DNA of 64,000 bases from Torpedo marmorata (lineage: Eukaryota), in NCBI GenBank assembly GCA_977017645.1, contig OZ360229.1, positions 26,350,001 to 26,414,000 on the forward strand, written 5' to 3'. The notes beneath the pieces are model-generated. The model was not told the origin of the DNA. It saw nothing but the letters and a program-made list of their open reading frames with translations, and did no database searches. Numbering within the stretch: position 1 is the stretch's first letter; each line of letters starts with the position of its first letter. Positions 12,469 through 23,542 of this stretch are shown here, in pieces. The position numbers were made by a program, and so were the translations under genes.

Positions 12469-13675
12469 CCGTATTTGACGGCATATAAGACCCCCCTTTT
12501 TTTACCAAAAAATCGCCTCAAAAACCACCCCAGGTCTTATACGCGAAGGTGACATTTTGGTGCCGCCATTTTGGGTACTGAGTGGAGTCCAGGAAGCGGG
12601 ACCGCAGCTTGGCGGACCACATTCCCTTGGGTGGCCCGTGCTTTCTGGACCCGCCGCCGCCGCTCACTTCCCCCGGTAAGAGGCTCGCTCTCTCCCTCCC
12701 ATTCGCTCTCCCCACCCGCCCGCTAGCTCGCTCTCGCCCGCTCCCTCCCCGCCCGCTTGCACTCGCCCGCTCTCTCCCCGCCCGCTCTCTCCCCGCCCGT
12801 TCGCTCTCCCCGCCCGCCCGCTCGCTCTCTCCCGCTCTCTCCCCACCCGTTCGCTCTCTCCCCGCTCACTCTCGCCCGCTCTCTCCCCGCCGTTCGCTCT
12901 CCCCACCCACCCACTCGTTCGCTCGCCGCCCGCTCTCTCCCCGCCCGTTCGCTCTCCCCGCCCACCCACTCGTTCGCTCGCCGCCCGCTCTCTCCTCGCC
13001 CATTCGCTCTCCCCACCCGTTCGCTCTCACCCACTCTCTCCCCGCCCATTCGCTCTCCCTGCCCGCTCGCTCTCGCCCGCTCTCTCCCTGCCCGTTCGCT
13101 CTCCCCGCCCGCTCGCTCTCTCCCCGGCCGTTCGCTCTCACCAACAGTGCTTTGAGGGGAGCGCTGGGCCTCGATGATCAGCCTTTGTTCGACGAACACG
13201 AACCATCGAGCAAATTGAATGAGGCGCGGGGCGGGTGGCAGCGAGCGAGCGGCCTGTCAAGCTCAGCTCAACAGGCCGCCTGCTCGCTCACTGCCACCTG
13301 CGCCTCATTCAATCTATTCGGGGGGCCGTGCGCGTCGAACAAAGGCTCAGCGTGGAGCCTGATCATCGAGGCCCAGCGCTCCCCTCAAAGCAAGTGATCG
13401 ATTGTCTGCTCCCCGCGACGGAGGGCCTGGGCCCTGCCCGTTGTCTTGGCTTCTCTCCCTCCCACCCTCGCGCGCCCGCAGGTCCCGGCACACCTGTCAA
13501 TCAATTAGCGTTTGGACGGTGGGGGGGGGAAGAAGCCTGAGCCTCGGCGTGCGGCAGACAGGAGAACGTGTTGCTGCTGTGAAGGTAAATACAGTAAAAC
13601 AATTTTTTCCTGAAATCTCACGCTAAAAATGGGGGGTCCTATATTCCAGTGGGTCCTATATGACGTCAAAAACGG
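12469..13675. mobile_element. Non-autonomous Tc1/mariner-superfamily (Tc2/pogo-like) DNA transposon
   Basis: ~25-bp TIRs CCGTATTTGACGGCATATAAGACCC / GGGTCCTATATGACGTCAAAAACGG with TA on both sides. No transposase; the interior is CpG-rich. Confidence 0.85.
12685..13140. repeat. Degenerate C-rich tandem repeat (CGCTCTCCCCGCCCG-like)
   Basis: Dozens of variants of CTCTCCCCGCCCGTTCG. They are the source of the low-complexity shadow ORFs. Confidence 0.9.
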
Positions 13676-13714
13676 TATTTCCTTCCCTGCAAATTACTTT
13701 GAGATACCCTGAAA

Positions 13715-14540
13715 NNNNNNNNNNNNNNNNNNNNNNNNNNNNNNNNNNNNNNNNNNNNNNNNNNNNNNNNNNNNNNNNNNNNNNNNNNNNNNNNNNNNNN
13801 NNNNNNNNNNNNNNNNNNNNNNNNNNNNNNNNNNNNNNNNNNNNNNNNNNNNNNNNNNNNNNNNNNNNNNNNNNNNNNNNNNNNNNNNNNNNNNNNNNNN
13901 NNNNNNNNNNNNNNNNNNNNNNNNNNNNNNNNNNNNNNNNNNNNNNNNNNNNNNNNNNNNNNNNNNNNNNNNNNNNNNNNNNNNNNNNNNNNNNNNNNNN
14001 NNNNNNNNNNNNNNNNNNNNNNNNNNNNNNNNNNNNNNNNNNNNNNNNNNNNNNNNNNNNNNNNNNNNNNNNNNNNNNNNNNNNNNNNNNNNNNNNNNNN
14101 NNNNNNNNNNNNNNNNNNNNNNNNNNNNNNNNNNNNNNNNNNNNNNNNNNNNNNNNNNNNNNNNNNNNNNNNNNNNNNNNNNNNNNNNNNNNNNNNNNNN
14201 NNNNNNNNNNNNNNNNNNNNNNNNNNNNNNNNNNNNNNNNNNNNNNNNNNNNNNNNNNNNNNNNNNNNNNNNNNNNNNNNNNNNNNNNNNNNNNNNNNNN
14301 NNNNNNNNNNNNNNNNNNNNNNNNNNNNNNNNNNNNNNNNNNNNNNNNNNNNNNNNNNNNNNNNNNNNNNNNNNNNNNNNNNNNNNNNNNNNNNNNNNNN
14401 NNNNNNNNNNNNNNNNNNNNNNNNNNNNNNNNNNNNNNNNNNNNNNNNNNNNNNNNNNNNNNNNNNNNNNNNNNNNNNNNNNNNNNNNNNNNNNNNNNNN
14501 NNNNNNNNNNNNNNNNNNNNNNNNNNNNNNNNNNNNNNNN
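13715..14540. other. Assembly gap (N run)
   Basis: Continuous Ns. Confidence 1.
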
Positions 14541-14650
14541 AGGCAGGTTAGTATACAAAAGAGATTTGCTGATTCCACTTCTGTGACCAACAAAAATAAT
14601 TCAATACTTTCCTTTCACTGTGTCTCATGGTACTTGCTGGACGAGTCAGA

Positions 14651-15551
14651 AGGCCTTTTCACACCGCCGAGTTCATGTAGGCAGACCGTCCGATTTCCTG
14701 GGAACTTACCTGTAAAATGTCCAATTTGAAAAGGGCCAACCTGGCATGGCGGGTCAAAATCGACCGTGCTCCGAGACCTAGTCGGAGGTAGTCGGAGCCC
14801 GGCCAATTTAACCCACCAGCCGTCCTCTGGCGGTCTGAAAAGGCAAACGGCTCACCTCGTAATGTTACTGACGTCAGCGTGTGCGTGCTTGCGTCACGTA
14901 AAACCCATAAAAATAGAAATAAGAGATACAACAATATAAAAGTTACTTTAATGATGGCAAAGGGACCTAAGCCACAATATTAAAAGTATTTTAAAATTGA
15001 AAGAATTGTAGCTTACCGAGATCATAAAACAACGGGCCAGCTCAGGGTGGCTCAATGCGGGATCAAAGGCCATCTTCGTTACCCATAATCCCCTACGCAG
15101 CTGGAACTGCTCTGCATTTCCCTGGCGCTGGCAAAGTGGCAGAGCGTGTTCCAGCTGCGTGGGGGATTATGGGTAACAAAGACGGCCATTGTTCTCGCAT
15201 TGAGCCGCCGCCCTGAGCGGGCCTGTTGTTTTTTGAAACATTGTCCTGTCCAATTATGATATCCCAGAGTATCCCAGATATACCCCAGGCATATCTAGGT
15301 GCATCACAGATGAGTCTAGATATGATTTTGATCTGGACTGTACATATATATTTCGCCTGAAATCCAGTACCGACTGACGGTCGTTCAACAGCTGACATCT
15401 TTATCTCAGTAAGCTCTGAAGCGGGAACCGCGTTGGCATTTCAGCAGCTCCCGGACCTGCTTCCCTTTAATCCTGAGAGTCAGACGAGGACAGGGGAACA
15501 TAGCGCTGAAGGGTAAATAACCCGTTTTGTCAGCAGAATGCTGGGCTCGGA
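14651..15551. mobile_element. Putative non-autonomous DNA transposon (PIF/Harbinger-like end), truncated by L1
   Basis: Begins AGGCCTTTTCACAC with a nearby inverted copy TTGAAAAGGGCC. CpG-rich, with an internal ~205-bp hairpin at 15026-15232. The second terminus was not found. Confidence 0.4.
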
Positions 15552-15552
15552 T

Positions 15553-16397
15553 CAATTTAATCTTGATTTATGAATTCCTGTTTTAGGAAGTTTCCTCTGT
15601 AGCAATCTGTACATTTGAGAAATAAATTTAGGCACACCTCCATTAGTAACTAATAATTCCAATTCAGTCTGTCTTGGTAAGGTCAAACCGCGGCCCAACC
15701 TTTCCCCTAAAAATGCCCTAATTTGATAATAAGCAAAGATTGTATTATTTGCTACACTAAATTTATCTTCCATTCTCTGAAACGTAATAAATTTACCAGC
15801 TTCAAAACAATCATTTATTTCCTTAATTCCCTTTTGGTACCAAATTTTAAATAGTTGATTATCAACAGTAAATGGAATAAGTTCATTTTGATATAGAAGC
15901 ATTCTTCGAGAAATTGATCCTTTCGCTCCTATTTCTCTATCCACTCTATTCCATATTTCTAACAAGTGCCTAAAAATAGGAGAATTTTTCCCTCTTGTTA
16001 ATAATAATTTAGAATTCCATTTATAAATGACTTCTTCTTTCAAATCCTCTCCTATATTATTTAATTCTATTCTCATCCAAGCAGAGAGCTTCCCTAAATC
16101 AAACAATTCGTTAATAAATTTTAGTTGGGCTGCTTTATAATAATATTGAAAATTAGGAAGTTTTAGACCACCCATTTCGTAGTTCCAGGTTAATTTCTCC
16201 AATCCCACTCTCGCCAACTTTCCTTTCCACAAAAATGTCCTAATAATTAAATTTAAATCCTTAAAAAACTTCTGAGGGATTTCATAAGGAATTGATTGAA
16301 AAAGATACTGAATTCTCGGAAAAACGTTCATTTTAATACAATTTACCCTTCCCATTAAAGTTATAGGCAAATCCTTCCATCTCTCCAAATCCTTTTT
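15553..16397 (-). mobile_element. L1 ORF2 internal fragment (copy B)
   Basis: 278-aa ORF (WKDLPITLMGRVNCIKMNVFPRIQYLFQ..GGLKLPNF) paralogous to 21336-22330. Confidence 0.9.
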
Positions 16398-16602
16398 TAG
16401 GGCTCCATATTTTCAAAAAGAAATGATATTTATTACGTAAATTATAAGTAATTTTTTCAAGTGGTATAGCTGAACGAAGTTCTGCATGCCATCTATCTAA
16501 CCCTAAATCTACATCAGATTTCCATGTAATAGCAATGCATTTCTTAGAAACAGCTAAAGCAATTCGCAAAAATTCTATTTGGTACATATTTAATTTCATC
16601 TT

Positions 16603-19600
16603 TGTTGTGGATACACGCAGTCTTGGTACGCCTAGAATACACTACAGATTGGCGACGAGGATCGAAACGAACTTCCCTAACAAGGAAAGGGAGGAGAAGA
16701 AAAGAAGAACGAAAACCTACCACAGCAGTGAGCTCCACAGGCTCACTCACAGAGAAGAAAGAAGGGAAAACGCGGGAAACGACTCAAAATGGCAGACAGC
16801 CGTTTCGGAGAGTACAAAGACTCAGAAGACTGGTATGACTACATTGAAAGATTCAATATGTACTGTATTGCCCACAATGTAGTTGATACACCAGTAAGAA
16901 AAAGGAAACAAGCTCTGTTTCTGTGAAGTGGGAAGCAAAACTTTTAAACTTATGAAGTCCCTTTTGGCACCTGAAAGACCAAGTGCTAAGACTTATGATG
17001 AACTATGCACAGTAATAGGGGAACACCTATTTCCCAGACCTGTAATTATTGCAGAACGTTATAAGTTTTATTCCAGAAAACAAATAACAGGCGAGCCAAT
17101 AAGCGAATATTTGGCTGAGTTACGCAGACTATCAGAACGTTGCGACTTCGGAGAATTCTTAAATGATGCATTAAGAGACCGATTGGTCATGGGTTTGGCT
17201 GACCGCAACACCCAATAACGATTACTAAGTAAACCTGATTTAAATATTAGGTCTGCTTATGCTACAGCGTTGAGTTTCGAAATGGCCAGCCAAAATATTG
17301 ATATTATACAGGGAGAACCCTCAACAGTAGGGTTTGTTGCAAAACCTAACCGACAACAATGCTTCCGCTGCGGGAAAAGCAACCACAGCTCTGACAACTG
17401 TTATTTTAAAAAAGCCAAATGCCATTATTGCGACAAGGAAGGACATATAAAATCGAGATGTCCAAGCAGAAAATTACTATACCAAAAAAGTTATAAACAA
17501 AAGCAAAAATATAGCAGACAAGCTTCCAAAGTAAACAAAATTAAAGAAAAAGATGAAACTCCAAGCGATGAGTCCACTAATGACTCAGAGGAGGAAAAGG
17601 CAGTGGATGTAACACAGGCGGTGGATGTAATGCATGTCCACAGTGTCGGGGACAAGAAGTTGGAAATTTATGTTGATGTTAAAATCAATGGCAAAGCTAT
17701 TCGAATGGAATTAGACACCGGAGCCTCGGTAACTCTAATGCCAAAGAACATATTATTCGAAATGTGGCCCAACCTTACCATAAAACAATCCGACATACTA
17801 TTGAGAACAGTCACAGGGGAAAAAAATCAAAGTAATTGGTAAATGCAATGTTAAGGTCGAATATAAGGGTAAGATTTCAAAAGACTTACCCATCGTCATC
17901 ATTGACGCCAAGGGAAAAGCCTTGTTCGGAAGGAACTGGTTATCACACATCCAATTGGATTGGATGGAAATCAGGTCAGTACTGAAGATTCAGACAGAAA
18001 ATGAACCAAAACTGACACAAGTGCTGAAGAAGTATCAAGCCTTATTTGGGAAAAGCCTAGGGAGAATCAAAGGAGCTGAAGCAAAATTACAATTGAAACC
18101 GGAAGCTGAACCAAAGTTCTATAAGCCAAGGACAGTGCCTTTTGCAATAAAAGACAAAATTGAGGCGGAACTCAACAGATTAGAAAGCGAGGGAATCATT
18201 GAAAAACTGCAATACAGTGACTGGGCAGCTCCGATTGTGCCAGTCCGAAAAACGAATGGAGAAATCCGAATTTGCGGAGACTATAAAGTCACAATTAATC
18301 AAGCTCTGCAAGTACCAGAACATCCCATGCCGAGAGCGGAGGAATTATTCCAATCCCTAAATGGCAGGAAAAAATTCACTAAGCTGGATTTATCTCAGGC
18401 ATATCAACAAGTTAAATTGGATGAAAAATCAAAGAAATATGTGGCAATCAATACCCATCTGGGATTATTCACATATACGAGAATGCCGTACGGAATATCA
18501 GCAGCGCCTGCAATATTTCAAGCAATCATGGACAAATTACTACACGGGATAAATGTAGGATGCGACCTGGATGATATTATTATCACAGGGCGGGACGATG
18601 CGGAGCATTTATCAAACTTAGAAAAAGTCTTAAATCGACTACAACAAGCGGATGTCCGCCTGCGAAAAGACAAATGTGTATTTATGGTACCCTCAGTAAC
18701 GTATTTGGGATTTACAATTAACAGTGAAGGAGTACAAATGAATGCGACAGGTACCAAAGCCGTCCGCAGTGCACCCTGCCCAACAAACAGGGCAGAACTA
18801 CAATCGTTTTTCGGTTTAGTCAACCATTATCGTAAACACATCCCAAACATGTCCACCCTGTGCAACCCACTGAACCAGTTACTAAGAAAAGACCAAAAAT
18901 GGTGCTGGAATACCAAAGCAAATGATGCCTTTAACCGGTTAAAGAGACTATTAACCTCAAGCAATAATGTACTCGTTCACTACGATCCTAACAAAGAGGT
19001 GACCCTAGCGGTGGATGCCTCACCAGTGGGTTTAGGAGCAGTACTGTCACAAATCACCGAAAAGGGAGAACAACCAGTGGCTTATGCATCTCGGTCCTTG
19101 ACAGCTTGTGAATGCAATTATGCACAATTGGAAAAAGAAGGACTGGCCATAATATTCGGAATCAAAAGATTTCACCAGTACTTGTATGGAAGGAGATTCA
19201 CCTTAGTAACTGACAACAAACCACTAAGTTTAATTTTAGGCCCTAAAAAAGGCATTCCGGTATTAGCGGCGACAAGAATTCAAAGATGGGCCATAATGCT
19301 CGCCGCTTACGATTATAAGTTGAAACATAAACCAGCAACACAAAACGGACATGCCAATGCTTTATCACGTTTACCCCTACCAGAAACGGATCAAACAGAA
19401 GAGATAATCCACTGGACAGCAGAGGCCACAGCTCTTAACCAAGAACAGCTTCGCCATCTGCCCATTACAGCCAAAATAATCAGCAAAGAAGTAAGGAATG
19501 AACCAACGCTGGCCAAAATCTTGTATTTTACATTAAATGGATGGCCAGAAGGGGACACTATCTCTCCAGACCTTAAACCTTACTATACCCGACGTAATGA

Positions 19601-21122
19601 AATAACGATCGAAGAAGGTTGTTTATTGTGGGGTGCCAGAACGATTATCCCAAGAAAATGGCAAAAAGACATACTTACAGAGCTTCATGACAATCATCCT
19701 GGAATGGTCCGAATGAAAGCGTTAGCATGAATGCACGTTTGGTGGCCATCAATGGACATAGATATCGAACAAACCGTACGAAAGTGTTGCACTTGTCAAG
19801 ACATGCAACCCAAAGCCCCACAAGCCGAAGCAAACCCATGGAAATAGCCTTCACGACCATGGCACAGAATTCATGTGGATTTTGCAGGTCCCTTCATGGG
19901 GGAGAATTTCTTTATTGTTATCGACGCACACTCCAAATGGCCAGTGGTATCACACATGCGTACAACGACAACAATTCAAACGATTGAAAGATTGAGAACT
20001 ATGTTTGCATCATATGGATTACCAATGGAATTGGTCTCAGACAATGGGCCTCAGTTTACATCGGATGCTTTTAGAATGTTCTTACGTAACAACGGTATAC
20101 ATCATGTGCTCTCAGCACCGTACTACCCAAGCACTAATGGAGAAGCTGAACATTTTGTGTGAACATTTAAAAATGCTATGAAAGCGGGCAAATCGCTAAA
20201 CTTTTCCTGGAATCACAGAATAGCGAATTTCCTCGCAGGATACAGAAATACGCCTCACTCAACAACTAAAAGAACACCAGCAGAATTGATGTTTGGACGC
20301 AGTTTACGAACACGGCTCTCGGCTGTGCACCCTGACATCGGGCGTCGTATTGAACACGCCACTTCGCCAACTAAACCGACCAGATCTCTGGAAGTGGGAG
20401 AAAGAGTGTTGGTACGAGATTACAGGGATAATAAAGAAACGTGGATAAGGGGCGTTATCATTAAGAAGTTAAGCCCTTGCTCGTATTCCATACAAGTAGA
20501 GACTAACATATGGAAACGACACATCGACCAACTGAGAGCAGTAGAAGATCCAATAATGACATTGCCCACAGATGAGCCCCAAGATTTGCCAGTTTGGGTC
20601 AACGACGATGAGGCTGATCTAGAGAGTCCAGAAAAGGCAAAAAGTCCCGAGAAGGCAAAGAGTCCAGCCGAGAAGGCAAAGAGTCCAGAAAAGGCAAAAA
20701 GTCCAGGGGTTCCGACGGCATCAGAAGATCACACCGACAACGAAGTCCTCCGGAACATTTGAAAGACTATGTACCATGAACAGGACACTTGACATGTTAT
20801 GATTATCAGTATCACAATGACATTTGGTAGTCGTAGTTCTTATTGTTGCATGATTTTGTAGTTGTAGTTTGTAGTTGTAGTTTCCTCAGTAGTTACAGTA
20901 GTTTTACATACTTGTTACCAGGGAATGTTTAATCATCTATATTCTGTGGGGGGAAGAGTGTTGTGGATACACGCAGTCTTGGTACGCCGCGTATGACGTC
21001 ATGACGTCTTACGCACTATATAAGGCGTAGCGCGGGAAACCATTGTTAGTTTAGTAATAAAGGATGAATGAAGCACCACGTCTCTGTGTGCTTGTGTATA
21101 TCTAAACCTAGAATACACTACA
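16603..21122 (+). mobile_element. Gypsy LTR retrotransposon, Mag-type, defective
   Basis: 5' LTR 16603-16646 (internally deleted), 3' LTR 20959-21122 (TG..CA, TATATAA, AATAAA), TSD ATCTT. PBS TGGCGACGAGGAT matches the tRNA-Ser(GCT) 3' end; PPT GGGGGGAAGAG. Gag has two CCHC knuckles, followed by protease LDTGA, RT, RNase H and integrase. Confidence 0.95.
16789..20762 (+). pseudogene. Gypsy gag-pol, disrupted
   Basis: In-frame stops near 16925, 17217, 19729 and 20161, and frameshifts near 17830 and 19850. The RT motif reads DLDD instead of YLDD. Confidence 0.9.
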
Positions 21123-22704
21123 ATCTTGGTACTAATTCTTTTAATATCTCCAAATAAAAATATCATAGGATCCATTGGGAGTGTAATTCTTAATACTTTA
21201 TCTAAAAACTTTTTAACTTTCAACCAAAAATCAAATATCCTTGGACAAAGCCATGTAGAATGTACAAAAGAACCTTCCTCTCTATTACATCTAAAACATA
21301 AACCAAATAGTGTCGGATTAAATTTCTTTAATTTCTTAGGTGTTAAATATAATTGATGGAAAAAAATTATATTGCACTAGTCTATATCTGACATTAATGA
21401 TCTTTGTCATACTTAATATACATAATTCTTTCCAATGTTCTTCATCTATTGTTACATTCAGATCTGATTCCCATTTTAATCTTGATTTGTGAATTCCTAC
21501 TTTAGGCATTTTTCTCTGTAATAATCTATACAATTGAGAAATAAATTTATTTACACCTCCATTAATAACTAATAATTCCAGTTCACTTTGTCTTGGTAAA
21601 GTCAAACTATAACCCAACCTTTCAACTAAAAATGCTCTGATTTGATAATAAGCAAAAAGTGTATTATTTAATACATTAAACTTTTCTTTTATTCTCTGAA
21701 AAGTAATAAATTTACTAGCTTCAAAACAATCATTTATTTTCTTAATTCCCTTTTGGAACCAATTTTTAAATAATTGATTATCAACAGTAAATGGAATTAG
21801 TTTATTTTGATATAAAGGCATTCTTCGAGAAATTAACCCTTTCCCTCCTATCTCCCTATCCACTCTATTCCATATTTCTAACAAATGTTTAAAAATAGGA
21901 GAATTTTTCCCTCTTGTTAGTACTAATTTAGAATTCCATTTATAAATAACTACTTCTTTCAAATCTTCTCCTATATTATTTAATTCTATTCTAATCCAAG
22001 CAGAAGATTTTCCTGAATCAAACATTTCATTAATAAATTTTAATTGAGCTGCTTTATAATAATTTTGAAAATTAGGAAGTTGTAAACCACCCAATTCATA
22101 ATTCCAAGTTAATTTCTGCATACCTACTCTAGCCAACTTTCCTTTCCACAAAAACTTCCTAATAATTAAATTTAAATCTTTAAAAGATTTCTGAGGAATT
22201 TCATAAGGAATTGATTGAAAAGATATTGAATTCTTGGAAAAACATTCATTTTAATACAATTTACCCTTCCTATTAAAGTTATAGGTAAATCCTTCCAACT
22301 TTCTAAATCTTTTTTAATTTTCATAAATAATGGTAAATAATTTAATTTATATAAATTAACTAATTTTGTATCAGTCTTTATTCCCAAATATTTAATTCCT
22401 TCCTTTGACCATTTAAATTGTGTAATTTCTTTACATTTCCTATAATCCCCTTGTGTCAATGCCATAATTTCACTTTTATCAGAATTAATCTTATAACCAG
22501 ATATTTCCCCATATTCTTTCAATAAAACATTCAATTGTATTAAAGAAGTAATAGGTTTTGTCATATAAATCAATACGTCATCTGCAAATAAACTAATTTT
22601 ATGCTCTTCGAACCCATTTTTAAGACCGATCAAATAAACAAAGTTACTGTGTAGACAAATCATTTTAGGGAAGCCTGCAGATCCTTCTTTGAGGTAATAT
22701 CAAT

Positions 22705-23305
22705 TGGAGGCAGTGCACGAAAGACCTGGAGAAACTCAGCAGGTCACTCAGCATGTATGCAGTCAATGATTTGGGCCTGAGCCCTTCTTTAGTGTGGTAA
22801 TGCGGTGTAGAATTGAAGTGGTTGGCTGCTGGTAGGTCCTTGCTGCTGTAGTAGACAGAGTGAAGGGTTCAACAAAACAATCCCCCAATATGCGTCCTGT
22901 CTGGCGATGTAGAGGACACCACAACGTAGACAGAGCGAAGGTTTTCAACAAAGCAATCCCTCTATCTGTGTCCTGTCTACTGATGTAGAGGAGACCACAA
23001 TGGGAGCACCAGATGCAGTAGAGGATCCCCGCAGATTCACAGGTGAAATGTTGCTTCATTGGAAGGGCGGTTTGGGGCCCTGAATGGAGGTGAGGGAGGA
23101 GGTGTGTAGCACTTCATATGGTCACAGGATTAAGTACCAGGAGGGTGCTTGATGGGAAGGGATGAGAGGATGAATAAGTCACGGAGAGAACGATCCCTAT
23201 TGAGAGGGGAGAGGGGAAGGGAGGGGAGGGGAGGGATGATGTGCTTGGTGATGGGATCATGTTGTAGGTGACGGAAATTGCAGAGAAATTGCATCTGTTT
23301 GAAGG
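22705..23305 (-). mobile_element. Penelope-like element remnant (GIY-YIG endonuclease region)
   Basis: Translations FTCESAGILYCIWCSHCGLLYI..TGRILGDCFVE and NFRHLQHDPITKHI..RDRSLRD, plus the terminal CTGGAGAAACTCAGCAGGTCA motif shared with other Penelope termini in the window. Confidence 0.8.
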
Positions 23306-23542
23306 GCTTTGTGCATGACAGGAGCAATGTTCTATAACTTGCTTCGGGTAACCAGAGATGCCACGTGGTCTTGTTCCCTTCTGCTTATCATATAGTCTGT
23401 CCAAGATCTTGGACCAACATCTAAGCAATCTTAATTCAAGTTCAACTTCATTATCATCCGACTGTACATATATAACTAGATGAAACAGCATTTCTCCGGA
23501 CCACAGTGCACACACAATACATGACACATAATAATTACGTAT

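Larger units (their letters stand above)
16398..22612 (-). mobile_element. L1 ORF2 (copy A: RT FADD to C-terminus), split by a Gypsy at 16603-21122
   Basis: ISLFADDVLIY at ~22580 and a C-terminal Cys/His region at ~21250-21300. The sequence continues across the Gypsy (GDIKRISTK | MKLNMYQIEFLR) with a 5-bp TSD. Confidence 0.9.

Noticed and set aside
12582-13397. Pro/Arg/Ser-rich ORFs of up to 271 aa
   Set aside because: Shadow ORFs of a C-rich tandem repeat inside a non-autonomous transposon.
13656-14593. 300-aa ORFs made of X
   Set aside because: Artefacts of the N gap.
17922-19730. Domesticated or active pol gene
   Set aside because: RT motif altered (DLDD), flanking stops and frameshifts, and an ordinary LTR/TSD context.
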